Shown here piece by piece: positions 48,223 to 59,215 of a stretch of DNA of 64,000 nt. This DNA comes from Escherichia phage ECp13. A program made the position numbers and the translations under genes. The DNA lies in sequence record PP274704.1, one strand, 5' to 3'. A model generated the notes under the pieces. That model had not been told where the DNA came from. It searched no databases and saw nothing but the letters and a program-made list of their open reading frames with translations. Positions within the stretch are counted from its first letter, which is position 1. Each line of letters begins with the position of its first letter.

Positions 48223-48909
48223 ATGAAACTGTCTAAAGATACTACTGCTCTGCTTAAAAATTTCGCTACTATTAACTCTGGTATTATGCTTAAATCTGGT
48301 CAATTTATTATGACTCGCGCAGTTAATGGTACAACTTATGCGGAAGCAAATATTTCTGACACTATTGATTTTGATGTAGCGATTTACGATTTGAACGGTT
48401 TTCTCGGTATTCTGTCTCTAGTTAATGATGATGCAGAAATTTCCCAGTCAGAAGATGGTAATATTAAAATTGCTGATGCCCGTTCAACAATTTTTTGGCC
48501 AGCAGCCGATCCGAGTACAGTAGTTGCTCCTAATAAACCAATTCCATTCCCGGTAGCATCTGTTGTTACCGAAATTAAAGCTGAAGACCTTCAACAGCTG
48601 TTGCGTGTATCTCGCGGTCTGCAGATTGATACAATTGCTATCACAGTAAAAGAAGGTAAAATCGTAATTAACGGTTTTAATAAAGTAGAAGATTCTGCTT
48701 TGACTCGTGTTAAATATTCTTTGACTCTTGGTGATTATGATGGTGAAAATACATTTAATTTCATTATCAATATGGCAAATATGAAAATGCAACCAGGAAA
48801 TTATAAACTTCTGCTCTGGGCAAAAGGTAAACAGGGTGCTGCTAAATTTGAAGGTGAACACGCGAATTATGTAGTAGCTCTTGAAGCTGATTCTACCCAC
48901 GACTTTTAA
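48223..48909 (+). CDS. 45: sliding clamp gp45
   Basis: 228 aa; MKLSKDTTALLKNFATINSGIMLKSGQFIMTRAVNGTTYAEANISD... matches recalled T4 gp45. Confidence 0.93.
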   Translation: MKLSKDTTALLKNFATINSGIMLKSGQFIMTRAVNGTTYAEANISDTIDFDVAIYDLNGFLGILSLVNDDAEISQSEDGNIKIADARSTIFWPAADPSTVVAPNKPIPFPVASVVTEIKAEDLQQLLRVSRGLQIDTIAITVKEGKIVINGFNKVEDSALTRVKYSLTLGDYDGENTFNFIINMANMKMQPGNYKLLLWAKGKQGAAKFEGEHANYVVALEADSTHDF

Positions 48910-48911
48910 TA

Positions 48912-48928
48912 AAGGGCTTCGGCCCTTA
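48912..48928 (+). terminator. GC hairpin terminator
   Basis: AAGGGC-TTCG-GCCCTT. Confidence 0.55.
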
Positions 48929-48958
48929 AATTTACACTAAAACTTGAATGAGGAAATT

Positions 48959-49918
48959 ATGATTACTGTAAATGAAAAAGAACACATTCTTGAACAGAAA
49001 TATCGTCCATCTACTATCGATGAATGTATTCTTCCCGCCTTTGATAAAGAAACCTTTAAATCTATTACAAGTAAAGGTAAAATTCCACATATTATTCTTC
49101 ATTCTCCTTCTCCAGGAACAGGTAAAACAACTGTAGCAAAAGCATTGTGTCATGATGTAAATGCTGATATGATGTTTGTGAATGGATCAGATTGTAAAAT
49201 TGATTTCGTTCGTGGTCCTTTGACTAATTTTGCTAGTGCAGCTTCATTTGATGGTCGTCAAAAAGTAATCGTTATTGATGAATTTGACCGTTCAGGGTTA
49301 GCAGAGTCTCAGCGACATCTTCGTTCCTTTATGGAAGCTTATAGTTCAAACTGTAGTATTATTATTACTGCTAACAATATTGATGGTATTATTAAACCGC
49401 TTCAGTCACGCTGCCGAGTTATTACATTCGGTCAACCGACCGATGAAGATAAAATTGAAATGATGAAGCAGATGATTCGTCGATTGACTGAAATCTGCAA
49501 GCATGAAGGAATTGCTATAGCTGATATGAAAGTTGTAGCAGCTTTGGTTAAAAAGAATTTTCCTGATTTTCGTAAAACTATTGGTGAGCTCGATAGTTAT
49601 TCATCTAAAGGTGTTTTGGATGCTGGTATTTTATCACTGGTTACTAACGATCGTGGTGCTATTGATGATGTTCTTGAGTCTCTCAAAAATAAAGATGTTA
49701 AACAGCTCAGAGCTTTAGCACCAAAATATGCAGCTGATTATTCGTGGTTCGTAGGTAAACTTGCCGAAGAAATCTATACACGTGTAACTCCGCAAAGTAT
49801 TATTCGTATGTATGAAATTGTTGGTGAAAATAACCAGTATCATGGAATTGCGGCTAATACGGAATTACATTTAGCATATCTTTTCATTCAATTAGCATGC
49901 GAAATGCAGTGGAAGTGA
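48959..49918 (+). CDS. 44: clamp loader large subunit gp44
   Basis: 319 aa from ATG at 48959; Walker A SPGTGKTT. Confidence 0.92.
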   Translation: MITVNEKEHILEQKYRPSTIDECILPAFDKETFKSITSKGKIPHIILHSPSPGTGKTTVAKALCHDVNADMMFVNGSDCKIDFVRGPLTNFASAASFDGRQKVIVIDEFDRSGLAESQRHLRSFMEAYSSNCSIIITANNIDGIIKPLQSRCRVITFGQPTDEDKIEMMKQMIRRLTEICKHEGIAIADMKVVAALVKKNFPDFRKTIGELDSYSSKGVLDAGILSLVTNDRGAIDDVLESLKNKDVKQLRALAPKYAADYSWFVGKLAEEIYTRVTPQSIIRMYEIVGENNQYHGIAANTELHLAYLFIQLACEMQWK

Positions 49919-49919
49919 T

Positions 49920-50483
49920 ATGAGCTTATTTGAAGATGATATTCAATTAAACGAGCATCAAGTTGCTTGGTATTCAAAAGATTGGACAGCTGTCCAATCT
50001 GCTGCTGATTCTTTTAAGGAAAAAGCTGAAAATGAATTTTTTGAAATAATTGGAGCTATTAATAATAAAACTAAATGCTCTATTGCTCAAAAAGATTATT
50101 CAAAATACATGGTTGAGAATGCATTATCACAATTTCCTGAATGCATGCCAGCTGTATATGCTATGAATTTAATTGGATCAGGTTTAAGCGATGAAGCCCA
50201 TTTTAATTATCTGATGGCTGCTGTTCCTCGTGGTAAAAGATATAGTAAATGGGCAAAACTGGTTGAAGATTCTACCGAAGTATTGATTATTAAGTTACTT
50301 GCTAAGCGGTATCAAGTTAATACAAATGATGCAATTAACTATAAATCAATTCTTACTAAAAATGGAAAACTACCTTTAGTATTAAAAGAACTAAAAGGTT
50401 TAGTCACGGATGATTTTTTGAAAGAAGTGACTAAGAACGTAAAAGAACAGAAACAACTCAAAAAACTAGCATTGGAATGGTAA
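49920..50483 (+). CDS. 62: clamp loader small subunit gp62
   Basis: 187 aa as T4 gp62. Confidence 0.9.
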   Translation: MSLFEDDIQLNEHQVAWYSKDWTAVQSAADSFKEKAENEFFEIIGAINNKTKCSIAQKDYSKYMVENALSQFPECMPAVYAMNLIGSGLSDEAHFNYLMAAVPRGKRYSKWAKLVEDSTEVLIIKLLAKRYQVNTNDAINYKSILTKNGKLPLVLKELKGLVTDDFLKEVTKNVKEQKQLKKLALEW

Positions 50484-50484
50484 A

Positions 50485-50853
50485 ATGATTGAAATTACTC
50501 TTAAAAAACCTGAAGATTTTCTGAAAGTAAAAGAAACTTTGACTCGTATGGGAATTGCTAATAATAAAGATAAAGTTCTGTATCAGTCCTGCCACATTCT
50601 TCAGAAAAAAGGACTATACTATATCGTCCATTTTAAAGAAATGCTTCGTATGGATGGTCGCCAGGTTGAAATGACAGAAGAAGATGAAGTTCGCCGTGAT
50701 TCGATTGCGTGGCTGTTAGAAGATTGGGGGCTGATTGAAATCGTTCCTGGTCAAAGAACTTTTATGAAAGATTTAACTAATAACTTCCGAGTTATTTCTT
50801 TTAAACAAAAACACGAATGGAAACTCGTTCCTAAATATACGATTGGTAATTAA
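50485..50853 (+). CDS. regA: translational repressor RegA
   Basis: 122 aa; matches recalled T4 RegA. Confidence 0.9.
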   Translation: MIEITLKKPEDFLKVKETLTRMGIANNKDKVLYQSCHILQKKGLYYIVHFKEMLRMDGRQVEMTEEDEVRRDSIAWLLEDWGLIEIVPGQRTFMKDLTNNFRVISFKQKHEWKLVPKYTIGN

Positions 50854-50855
50854 GC

Positions 50856-50876
50856 AAGGGGCTTCGGCCCCTTATT
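50856..50876 (+). terminator. GC hairpin terminator
   Basis: AAGGGGC-TTCG-GCCCCTT. Confidence 0.55.
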
Positions 50877-50931
50877 TGGAGTATAATATATCAAGAGCCT
50901 AATAACTCGGGCTATAAACTAAGGAATATCT

Positions 50932-53628
50932 ATGAAAGAATTTTATATCTCTATCGAAACAGTCGGAAATAACATTGTTGAGCGTTATATTGATGAAAAT
51001 GGAAAGGAACGTACTCGTGAAGTAGAATATCTTCCGACTATGTTTAGGCATTGTAAGGAAGAGTCAAAATACAAAGACATTTATGGTAAAAATTGTGCTC
51101 CTCAAAAATTTCCATCAATGAAAGATGCACGAGACTGGATGAAGCGAATGGAAGACATCGGTCTCGAAGCTCTTGGTATGAACGATTTTAAACTCGCTTA
51201 TATCAGTGATACATATGGTTCAGAAATTGTTTATGACCGAAAATTTGTTCGTGTAGCTAACTGTGACATTGAGGTTACTGGCGATAAATTTCCTGACCCA
51301 ATGAAAGCAGAATATGAAATTGATGCTATCACTCATTACGATTCAATTGACGACCGTTTTTACGTCTTTGATTTGTTGAATTCAATGTACGGTTCAGTAT
51401 CAAAATGGGATGCAAAGTTAGCTGCTAAGCTTGACTGTGAAGGTGGTGATGAAGTTCCTCAAGAAATTCTTGACCGAGTAATTTATATGCCATTCGATAA
51501 TGAGCGTGATATGCTCATGGAATATATTAATCTCTGGGAACAGAAACGACCTGCTATTTTTACCGGTTGGAATATTGAGGGATTTGACGTTCCGTATATT
51601 ATGAATCGCGTTAAAATGGTTCTCGGTGAACGCAGTATGAAACGCTTCTCTCCAATCGGTCGAGTAAAATCTAAACTAATTCAAAATATGTACGGTAGCA
51701 AAGAAATTTATTCTATTGATGGCGTATCTATTCTTGATTATTTAGATTTGTACAAGAAATTCGCATTTACTAATTTGCCATCGTTCTCTTTGGAATCAGT
51801 TGCTCAACATGAAACCAAAAAAGGTAAATTGCCGTACGATGGTCCTATTAATAAACTTCGTGAAACTAATCATCAACGATACATTAGTTATAACATCATT
51901 GACGTAGAATCAGTTCAAGCAATTGATAAAATTCGTGGGTTTATCGATCTAGTTTTAAGTATGTCTTATTACGCTAAAATGCCTTTTTCTGGTGTAATGA
52001 GTCCTATTAAAACTTGGGATGCTATTATTTTTAACTCACTGAAAGGTGAACATAAGGTTATTCCTCAACAAGGTTCGCACGTTAAACAGAGTTTTCCAGG
52101 TGCATTTGTGTTTGAACCTAAACCGATTGCTCGTCGATACATTATGAGTTTTGACTTGACGTCTCTGTATCCTAGCATTATTCGTCAGGTTAACATTAGT
52201 CCTGAGACTATTCGCGGGCAGTTTAAAGTTCATCCAATTCATGAATATATCGCAGGAACAGCTCCTAAGCCAAGTGATGAATATTCTTGCTCTCCGAATG
52301 GATGGATGTATGATAAGCACCAAGAAGGTATCATTCCAAAGGAAATCGCTAAAGTATTTTTCCAGCGTAAAGATTGGAAAAAGAAAATGTTCGCGGAAGA
52401 AATGAATGCCGAAGCTATTAAAAAGATTATTATGAAAGGTGCAGGGTCTTGCTCAACTAAACCAGAAGTTGAACGATATGTTAAGTTCAGTGATGATTTC
52501 TTAAACGAATTATCGAATTACACCGAATCTGTTCTTAATAGTCTGATCGAAGAATGTGAAAAAGCAGCTACACTTGCTAACACAAATCAGCTGAACCGTA
52601 AAATTCTTATTAACAGTCTTTATGGTGCTCTTGGTAATATTCATTTCCGTTACTATGATTTGCGAAATGCTACTGCTATCACAATTTTCGGTCAAGTCGG
52701 TATTCAGTGGATTGCTCGCAAAATTAATGAATATCTGAATAAAGTATGTGGAACTAATGGTGAAGATTTCATCGCAGCAGGTGATACTGATTCGGTATAT
52801 GTTTGTGTAGATAAAGTTATTGAAAAAGTAGGTCTTGATCGCTTTAAAGAACAAAATGATTTAGTTGAATTCATGAATCAGTTTGGTAAGAAAAAGATGG
52901 AACCTATGATTGATGTTGCATATCGTGAGTTATGTGATTATATGAATAACCGCGAGCATCTGATGCATATGGACCGTGAAGCTATTTCTTGCCCTCCGCT
53001 TGGTTCAAAGGGTGTTGGTGGATTTTGGAAAGCGAAAAAACGTTATGCTCTGAACGTTTATGATATGGAAGATAAGCGATTTGCCGAACCGCATCTAAAA
53101 ATCATGGGTATGGAAACTCAGCAGAGCTCAACACCAAAAGCAGTACAAGAAGCTCTCGAAGAAAGTATTCGTCGTATTCTTCAGGAAGGCGAAGAGTCTG
53201 TCCAAGAATACTACAAGAACTTTGAGAAAGAATATCGTCAACTTGACTATAAAGTTATTGCTGAAGTAAAAACTGCGAACGATATAGCGAAATATGATGA
53301 TAAAGGTTGGCCAGGATTTAAATGCCCGTTCCATATTCGTGGCGTACTAACTTATCGTCGAGCTGTTAGCGGTTTAGGTGTAGCTCCAATTTTGGATGGA
53401 AATAAGGTAATGGTTCTTCCATTACGTGAAGGAAATCCATTTGGTGATAAGTGCATTGCTTGGCCATCAGGCACAGAACTTCCAAAAGAAATTCGTTCTG
53501 ACGTACTGTCTTGGATTGACTACTCAACTTTGTTCCAAAAATCGTTTGTTAAACCGCTTGCGGGTATGTGTGAATCGGCAGGTATGGACTATGAGGAAAA
53601 AGCTTCGTTAGACTTCCTGTTTGGCTGA
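50932..53628 (+). CDS. 43: DNA polymerase gp43
   Basis: 898 aa as T4 gp43; family B polymerase and exonuclease motifs. Confidence 0.95.
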   Translation: MKEFYISIETVGNNIVERYIDENGKERTREVEYLPTMFRHCKEESKYKDIYGKNCAPQKFPSMKDARDWMKRMEDIGLEALGMNDFKLAYISDTYGSEIVYDRKFVRVANCDIEVTGDKFPDPMKAEYEIDAITHYDSIDDRFYVFDLLNSMYGSVSKWDAKLAAKLDCEGGDEVPQEILDRVIYMPFDNERDMLMEYINLWEQKRPAIFTGWNIEGFDVPYIMNRVKMVLGERSMKRFSPIGRVKSKLIQNMYGSKEIYSIDGVSILDYLDLYKKFAFTNLPSFSLESVAQHETKKGKLPYDGPINKLRETNHQRYISYNIIDVESVQAIDKIRGFIDLVLSMSYYAKMPFSGVMSPIKTWDAIIFNSLKGEHKVIPQQGSHVKQSFPGAFVFEPKPIARRYIMSFDLTSLYPSIIRQVNISPETIRGQFKVHPIHEYIAGTAPKPSDEYSCSPNGWMYDKHQEGIIPKEIAKVFFQRKDWKKKMFAEEMNAEAIKKIIMKGAGSCSTKPEVERYVKFSDDFLNELSNYTESVLNSLIEECEKAATLANTNQLNRKILINSLYGALGNIHFRYYDLRNATAITIFGQVGIQWIARKINEYLNKVCGTNGEDFIAAGDTDSVYVCVDKVIEKVGLDRFKEQNDLVEFMNQFGKKKMEPMIDVAYRELCDYMNNREHLMHMDREAISCPPLGSKGVGGFWKAKKRYALNVYDMEDKRFAEPHLKIMGMETQQSSTPKAVQEALEESIRRILQEGEESVQEYYKNFEKEYRQLDYKVIAEVKTANDIAKYDDKGWPGFKCPFHIRGVLTYRRAVSGLGVAPILDGNKVMVLPLREGNPFGDKCIAWPSGTELPKEIRSDVLSWIDYSTLFQKSFVKPLAGMCESAGMDYEEKASLDFLFG

Positions 53629-53640
53629 TAGAAAAAATCT

Positions 53641-53662
53641 AGGGACCTCCGGGTCCCTTTTT
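53641..53662 (+). terminator. intrinsic terminator
   Basis: AGGGACC-TCCG-GGTCCCT followed by TTTTT. Confidence 0.7.
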
Positions 53663-53745
53663 CATACAAGTAATATAAATCTATACTTAGGAAAAATAGA
53701 TGATTCTAGGTCCTGTAAATTCATTAAAAATTTTTTCACAAAACT

Positions 53746-53775
53746 GTTTACAAGACTGTTCCTCTGTGGTACTAT
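53746..53775 (+). promoter_or_regulatory. early promoter
   Basis: -35 GTTTACA, 17 bp, -10 TACTAT; near-identical to the 29040 cassette. Confidence 0.6.
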
Positions 53776-53809
53776 TACTCTATCAACCAATACAAATTTG
53801 GAGAATGAA

Positions 53810-54190
53810 ATGAAAATTGCTATTTTGGTTATTGCATTGGGTCTTACTGGTTGTGTAGCTCAAGGACCAGTAGTAAATCAGTCTGATGCAGGAAAAATTG
53901 TAAACTGTTCAAGCAAATTTTATAATCCTAACGTCAAGTGTTATAAAGAAGCTCCAAAACAGACAGTAGAACAAATGCAGGCGAATTTTGACGAAGCTAT
54001 TCGTCCAGATGAATCTGCTCAAGCATATCGTAATTCAGATGTAATTACACGCGAAGAAAAAATTGAAAACTACTGCGCCGAACTTTGGGCTAATTGGGCT
54101 AATAATTACCAATGGCGAACTGGTAAAAATGCTCCAATGGAGTATGTAGTGAATTCTTATAATTCATGTGTAAAAAATTTGACTAAGTGA
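53810..54190 (+). CDS. putative lipoprotein
   Basis: 126 aa from ATG at 53810; lipobox LTGC after hydrophobic signal. Confidence 0.55.
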   Translation: MKIAILVIALGLTGCVAQGPVVNQSDAGKIVNCSSKFYNPNVKCYKEAPKQTVEQMQANFDEAIRPDESAQAYRNSDVITREEKIENYCAELWANWANNYQWRTGKNAPMEYVVNSYNSCVKNLTK

Positions 54191-54197
54191 GGAAAAG

Positions 54198-54449
54198 ATG
54201 GAAACTTTAGTAGCAGGTTCAATTTTTATGGTTTTAGTTTCATGCGTGTTGGCTATTATTATATACATGCTTCCATGGTTCATCGCCTTGATGCGCGGGT
54301 CAAAATCGACAGTAGGAATCTTTTTCACATCTTTACTGTTTAACTGGTCAATTATTGGTTGGTTTATTACATTTATTTGGTCAATTGCGGGTGAAACTAA
54401 AAAATCTGTGCAGCAAAATCAAGTAATTATCATCAGAGAGAAGGAATGA
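54198..54449 (+). CDS. imm: superinfection immunity protein Imm
   Basis: 83 aa, two hydrophobic helices; length and position match T4 Imm. Confidence 0.75.
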   Translation: METLVAGSIFMVLVSCVLAIIIYMLPWFIALMRGSKSTVGIFFTSLLFNWSIIGWFITFIWSIAGETKKSVQQNQVIIIREKE

Positions 54450-54577
54450 AAAGCAAAATTTTAACAGTATTGCTTTTAATCTTGATGATTATAATAAGTA
54501 TATACTATAGCGTAACGGTTCCTTGTATGATTCCAACGCTTATTATAGGGTGGAGTTTATTACTGTTACAAGTTAAA
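54446..54577 (+). CDS. possible small membrane peptide
   Basis: 43 aa hand-translated, hydrophobic; ATGA overlap with imm. Confidence 0.3.
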
Positions 54578-54602
54578 TATGAATGTATCAATTGAGGTTT
54601 AA

Positions 54603-55343
54603 ATGATTAATGACTCTTTGACAGTTGAAGAAACTCGTCTTCATTTGGGAATTGCGTTAAAGGAAAAAGATTTCGTAATTGATAAAACTGGCGTTAAAAC
54701 TATTGAAATTATTGGCGCATCATTTGTAGCAGATGAACCGTTTATTTTTGGCGCTCTTAATGATGAATACATTCAGCGTGAACTTGAATGGTATAAATCT
54801 AAAAGTTTGTTTGTTAAAGATATTCCGGGTGAAACACCGAAGATTTGGCAACAGGTAGCATCTTCTAAAGGCGAAATTAACTCGAATTATGGTTGGGCCA
54901 TCTGGTCAGAAGATAACTATGCCCAGTATGATATGTGTTTAGCTGAACTTGGTCAAAATCCTGATTCTCGACGTGGTATCATGATTTATACTCGTCCATC
55001 CATGCAGTTTGACTACAATAAAGATGGTATGTCAGATTTCATGTGTACGAATACAGTACAGTACCTGATTCGTGATAAGAAAGTCAATGCAGTAGTAAGC
55101 ATGCGTTCAAATGACGTGGTCTTCGGATTCCGTAATGATTATGCATGGCAAAAATACGTACTAGATAAATTAGTATCTGATTTGAATGCAGGTGATTCAA
55201 CTCGTCAGTATAAAGCAGGTTCCATTATATGGAATGTCGGGAGCCTTCATGTGTATTCCCGTCATTTTTATTTGGTTGACCATTGGTGGAAAACTGGCGA
55301 AACTCATATTGCGAAAAAAGATTATAACGGTGAGTGGAAATGA
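54603..55343 (+). CDS. 42: dCMP hydroxymethylase gp42
   Basis: 246 aa as T4 gp42. Confidence 0.92.
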   Translation: MINDSLTVEETRLHLGIALKEKDFVIDKTGVKTIEIIGASFVADEPFIFGALNDEYIQRELEWYKSKSLFVKDIPGETPKIWQQVASSKGEINSNYGWAIWSEDNYAQYDMCLAELGQNPDSRRGIMIYTRPSMQFDYNKDGMSDFMCTNTVQYLIRDKKVNAVVSMRSNDVVFGFRNDYAWQKYVLDKLVSDLNAGDSTRQYKAGSIIWNVGSLHVYSRHFYLVDHWWKTGETHIAKKDYNGEWK

Positions 55344-56182
55344 TTCAATTCGTAATTCCAAGCTATCAACGCGTAGGGGCAGTTTCTGCCCTTGATATGT
55401 TTCCGACTGATTATGAACCTCATATTGTAGTACGTGAACACGAAGAAAAAGCTTATTATGACGCTTACGGGTCTAGAGCTAAAATTATAACTATTCCTGA
55501 TGATGTTAATGGAATTGCTGGTACTCGTAAAGCAATTACTGATATGTATGCAGGTCAACGAATTTGGATGATTGATGATGATACTACTATTCGTATGAGT
55601 TCAATGCGAAAGAAAGATGATCGTCGCTGCGTAGATAAAATTAATCAGTTAACTCGTGAACAGTTCTATGAATTGATTCAATACGTTGAAGATGCCATGG
55701 ATTGCGGGTATTATCACGGTCATGCTCGTCTACCTATTTTTAAAATTACTTCATCTTGGGGTAATTATCGTGAAAATTCATATGGATTCACGAATACTTG
55801 GTATGACCTCGGGAAACTTACAACAGAACAAATTGGGTATGGAAAAATTGATTTATGCGAAGATATGTATGCATTTCTCAATTTAATTAATCAAGGTTAT
55901 CCGCATTTGGCCTTGTTCAAATATCTGGTTGTGTCTGGAAAAGCACAGGCTCCTGGCGGATGTAGTTCAATTCGTAGTAATTCAAAACATAATAGAGCTC
56001 TTGAGCAAATCAATAGAGAGTTTCCAGAGCAAGCTCGTTGGAAAACATCGAATATCGAAAAGAGAAAATCGTTGGGTGAAGAAGACGAGCCATTAAAAGT
56101 TCTTCGCATGTGTGTTTCGCGCAAAGAAAAATCAGAAGCATTTCATAAGTTTAATGCTATTCATCCAATAGCAGTTGATTAA
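55340..56182 (+). CDS. DNA glycosyltransferase with DXD motif at the beta-gt locus (not T4-type beta-gt)
   Basis: 280 aa from ATG at 55340; DXD-like RIWMIDDDTTIR; unrelated to the recalled 351-aa T4 beta-gt. Confidence 0.7.
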   Translation: MIQFVIPSYQRVGAVSALDMFPTDYEPHIVVREHEEKAYYDAYGSRAKIITIPDDVNGIAGTRKAITDMYAGQRIWMIDDDTTIRMSSMRKKDDRRCVDKINQLTREQFYELIQYVEDAMDCGYYHGHARLPIFKITSSWGNYRENSYGFTNTWYDLGKLTTEQIGYGKIDLCEDMYAFLNLINQGYPHLALFKYLVVSGKAQAPGGCSSIRSNSKHNRALEQINREFPEQARWKTSNIEKRKSLGEEDEPLKVLRMCVSRKEKSEAFHKFNAIHPIAVD

Positions 56183-56259
56183 TGCCTAAATTTATTGTGT
56201 TATAATTACTCTATCTTTAACCAGTGAGGAAAATATAATGTTGCCTATGGAAAAAATGA

Positions 56260-57441
56260 ATGTCTATTGCAGATTTAAAATCCCGTTTGATTAAAGCTTC
56301 CACTTCTAAAATGACTGCTGAACTGACTACATCTAAATTCTTTAATGAAAAGGATGTAATCCGTACAAAAATTCCAATGCTTAATATCGCTATTTCTGGT
56401 GCGATTGATGGTGGTATGCAGTCTGGTTTAACCATTTTTGCAGGTCCTTCTAAACACTTTAAATCAAATATGTCTTTGACTATGGTTGCGGCGTATTTGA
56501 ACAAATATCCTGACGCGGTATGTCTATTCTATGATAGCGAATTTGGTATTACTCCAGCTTATTTGCGATCCATGGGAGTTGACCCGGAACGAGTAATTCA
56601 TACACCAATCCAGTCAGTTGAACAGCTGAAAATTGATATGGTGAATCAGCTTGAAGCTATTGAGCGTGGTGAAAAAGTTATTGTATTCATCGACTCAATT
56701 GGTAATATGGCTTCTAAGAAAGAAACGGAAGATGCCTTGAATGAAAAATCTGTGGCAGATATGACTCGTGCTAAATCACTGAAGTCATTATTCCGTATTG
56801 TTACTCCTTATTTTAGTATTAAAAACATTCCATGCGTTGCGGTTAACCATACAATTGAAACAATTGAAATGTTTAGTAAAACCGTGATGACAGGTGGTAC
56901 AGGCGTAATGTATTCGGCTGATACCGTATTCATTATCGGTAAGCGCCAGATTAAAGATGGTTCTGATCTTCAGGGGTATCAATTTGTTCTAAATGTAGAA
57001 AAATCTCGTACCGTTAAAGAAAAAAGTAAATTCTTTATTGATGTTAAATTTGACGGTGGTATCGATCCTTATTCTGGATTGTTAGATATGGCTCTTGAAT
57101 TAGGATTTGTGGTAAAACCTAAAAATGGCTGGTATGCTCGTGAATTTCTTGACGAAGAAACCGGCGAGATGATTCGCGAAGAAAAATCTTGGCGTGCAAA
57201 AGATACCAACTGCACTACATTCTGGGGTCCTTTATTTAAGCATCAGCCATTCCGAGACGCTATTAAACGTGCTTATCAGTTAGGTGCTATTGATAGTAAT
57301 GAAATTGTTGAAGCTGAAGTTGATGAATTGATTAACTCAAAGGTTGAAAAATTTAAATCTCCAGAAAGTAAAAGTAAATCAGCAGCTGATTTAGAAACTG
57401 ACCTAGATCAGTTAAGTGATATGGAAGAATTTAATGAATAA
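56260..57441 (+). CDS. uvsX: RecA-like recombinase UvsX
   Basis: 393 aa; Walker A GPSKHFKS; matches recalled T4 UvsX. Confidence 0.93.
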   Translation: MSIADLKSRLIKASTSKMTAELTTSKFFNEKDVIRTKIPMLNIAISGAIDGGMQSGLTIFAGPSKHFKSNMSLTMVAAYLNKYPDAVCLFYDSEFGITPAYLRSMGVDPERVIHTPIQSVEQLKIDMVNQLEAIERGEKVIVFIDSIGNMASKKETEDALNEKSVADMTRAKSLKSLFRIVTPYFSIKNIPCVAVNHTIETIEMFSKTVMTGGTGVMYSADTVFIIGKRQIKDGSDLQGYQFVLNVEKSRTVKEKSKFFIDVKFDGGIDPYSGLLDMALELGFVVKPKNGWYAREFLDEETGEMIREEKSWRAKDTNCTTFWGPLFKHQPFRDAIKRAYQLGAIDSNEIVEAEVDELINSKVEKFKSPESKSKSAADLETDLDQLSDMEEFNE

Positions 57442-57778
57442 AGATGATTTAGATTTAGATCTAGAAATTATCGATGAATCCCCCTCTTCGGAGGGGGAAG
57501 AAGAAAGAAAAGAACGTCTTTTTAATGAATCTCTTAAGATAATTAAATCTGCCATGGAAAATGTTATCCAGGAGATTGTTATTAAACTAGAAGACGGTTC
57601 TACACACATTGTGTATGTGACAAAATTAGATTGGGTTGATGGAAAAGTCGTAATGGACTTTGCTGTTCTTGACCAAGAAAGAAAAGCTGAGTTAGCTCCT
57701 CATGTAGAAAAATGTATTACAATGCAACTACAAGATGCATTTAATAAAAGGTCAAAGAAAAAATTTAAATTCTTTTAA
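57434..57778 (+). CDS. 40: head vertex assembly chaperone gp40
   Basis: First in-frame ATG at 57434 overlapping uvsX stop; about 114 aa. Confidence 0.7.
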   Translation: MNKDDLDLDLEIIDESPSSEGEEERKERLFNESLKIIKSAMENVIQEIVIKLEDGSTHIVYVTKLDWVDGKVVMDFAVLDQERKAELAPHVEKCITMQLQDAFNKRSKKKFKFF

Positions 57779-57787
57779 GGAGTAAGT

Positions 57788-59215
57788 GTGGTAGAAATTA
57801 TTCTTTCTCATCTCATATTTGATCAAGCTTATTTTTCAAAAGTTTGGCCATATATGGATTCAGAATATTTTGAAAGTGGTCCAGCTAAAAATACATTCAA
57901 ATTAATTAAATCTCATGTTAATGAGTACCATAGCGTTCCATCTATTAATGCGTTAAATGTTGCATTAGAAAATAGTTCATTTACTGAAACAGAATATTCT
58001 GGTGTAAAAACACTTATTTCGAAACTAGCCGATTCTCCAGAAGACCACAGCTGGTTAGTAAAAGAAACAGAAAAATATGTTCAGCAAAGGGCGATGTTTA
58101 ATGCTACGTCTAAAATAATTGAAATTCAAACCAATGCTGAGCTTCCTCCGGAAAAACGAAATAAGAAAATGCCGGATGTTGGTGCTATTCCTGACATTAT
58201 GCGCCAAGCATTATCAATTTCATTTGATAGCTACGTTGGTCATGATTGGATGGATGACTACGAAGCACGTTGGCTATCTTATATGAATAAAGCTCGTAAG
58301 GTTCCATTTAAACTCAAAATTCTAAATAAAATTACTAAAGGCGGAGCTGAAACTGGAACACTAAACGTTTTAATGGCTGGTGTTAACGTTGGTAAGTCAT
58401 TAGGTCTGTGTTCATTGGCAGCAGATTATTTACAGCTCGGTCATAATGTTCTTTACATTTCAATGGAAATGGCAGAAGAAGTCTGTGCTAAGCGTATTGA
58501 CGCTAATATGCTTGATGTTTCTCTTGATGACATTGATGACGGGCATATTTCTTACGCTGAGTATAAAGGAAAAATGGAAAAATGGCGTGAGAAATCTACT
58601 CTCGGCCGTTTAATCGTTAAGCAATATCCTACTGGTGGAGCAGACGCTAACACATTTCGATCGCTTTTAAACGAATTGAAGCTCAAGAAGAATTTTGTTC
58701 CAACAATCATTATTGTTGACTATCTGGGTATTTGTAAATCTTGCCGCATTAGAGTTTATTCAGAAAATAGTTACACAACTGTTAAAGCTATCGCAGAGGA
58801 ATTGCGTGCTCTGGCTGTTGAAACTGAAACTGTTCTTTGGACTGCAGCACAGGTTGGTAAACAAGCTTGGGATTCTTCTGATGTTAACATGAGCGATATC
58901 GCAGAATCTGCCGGTCTTCCAGCAACAGCCGATTTTATGCTTGCGGTCATTGAAACCGAGGAGTTAGCAGCTGCTGAACAACAACTCATTAAGCAAATCA
59001 AATCACGATATGGTGATAAGAATAAATGGAATAAGTTTTTGATGGGTGTTCAAAAAGGAAATCAGAAATGGGTAGAAATTGAACAAGATTCTACTCCAAC
59101 TGAAGTGAACGAAGTAGCAGGTTCACAGCAGATTCAGGCTGAACAGAATCGCTATCAAAGAAACGAATCTGCTCGAGCTCAGTTAGATGCTTTGGCAAAT
59201 GAATTAAAATTTTAG
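57788..59215 (+). CDS. 41: replicative DNA helicase gp41
   Basis: 475 aa; GTG start as recalled for T4 gene 41; Walker A GVNVGKS. Confidence 0.93.
   Translation: MVEIILSHLIFDQAYFSKVWPYMDSEYFESGPAKNTFKLIKSHVNEYHSVPSINALNVALENSSFTETEYSGVKTLISKLADSPEDHSWLVKETEKYVQQRAMFNATSKIIEIQTNAELPPEKRNKKMPDVGAIPDIMRQALSISFDSYVGHDWMDDYEARWLSYMNKARKVPFKLKILNKITKGGAETGTLNVLMAGVNVGKSLGLCSLAADYLQLGHNVLYISMEMAEEVCAKRIDANMLDVSLDDIDDGHISYAEYKGKMEKWREKSTLGRLIVKQYPTGGADANTFRSLLNELKLKKNFVPTIIIVDYLGICKSCRIRVYSENSYTTVKAIAEELRALAVETETVLWTAAQVGKQAWDSSDVNMSDIAESAGLPATADFMLAVIETEELAAAEQQLIKQIKSRYGDKNKWNKFLMGVQKGNQKWVEIEQDSTPTEVNEVAGSQQIQAEQNRYQRNESARAQLDALANELKF

Noticed and set aside
56238-56297. Short upstream ORF (MLPMEKMNVYCRFKIPFD) in front of uvsX
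   Set aside because: Only 18 codons, out of frame with uvsX, and probably just leader sequence.
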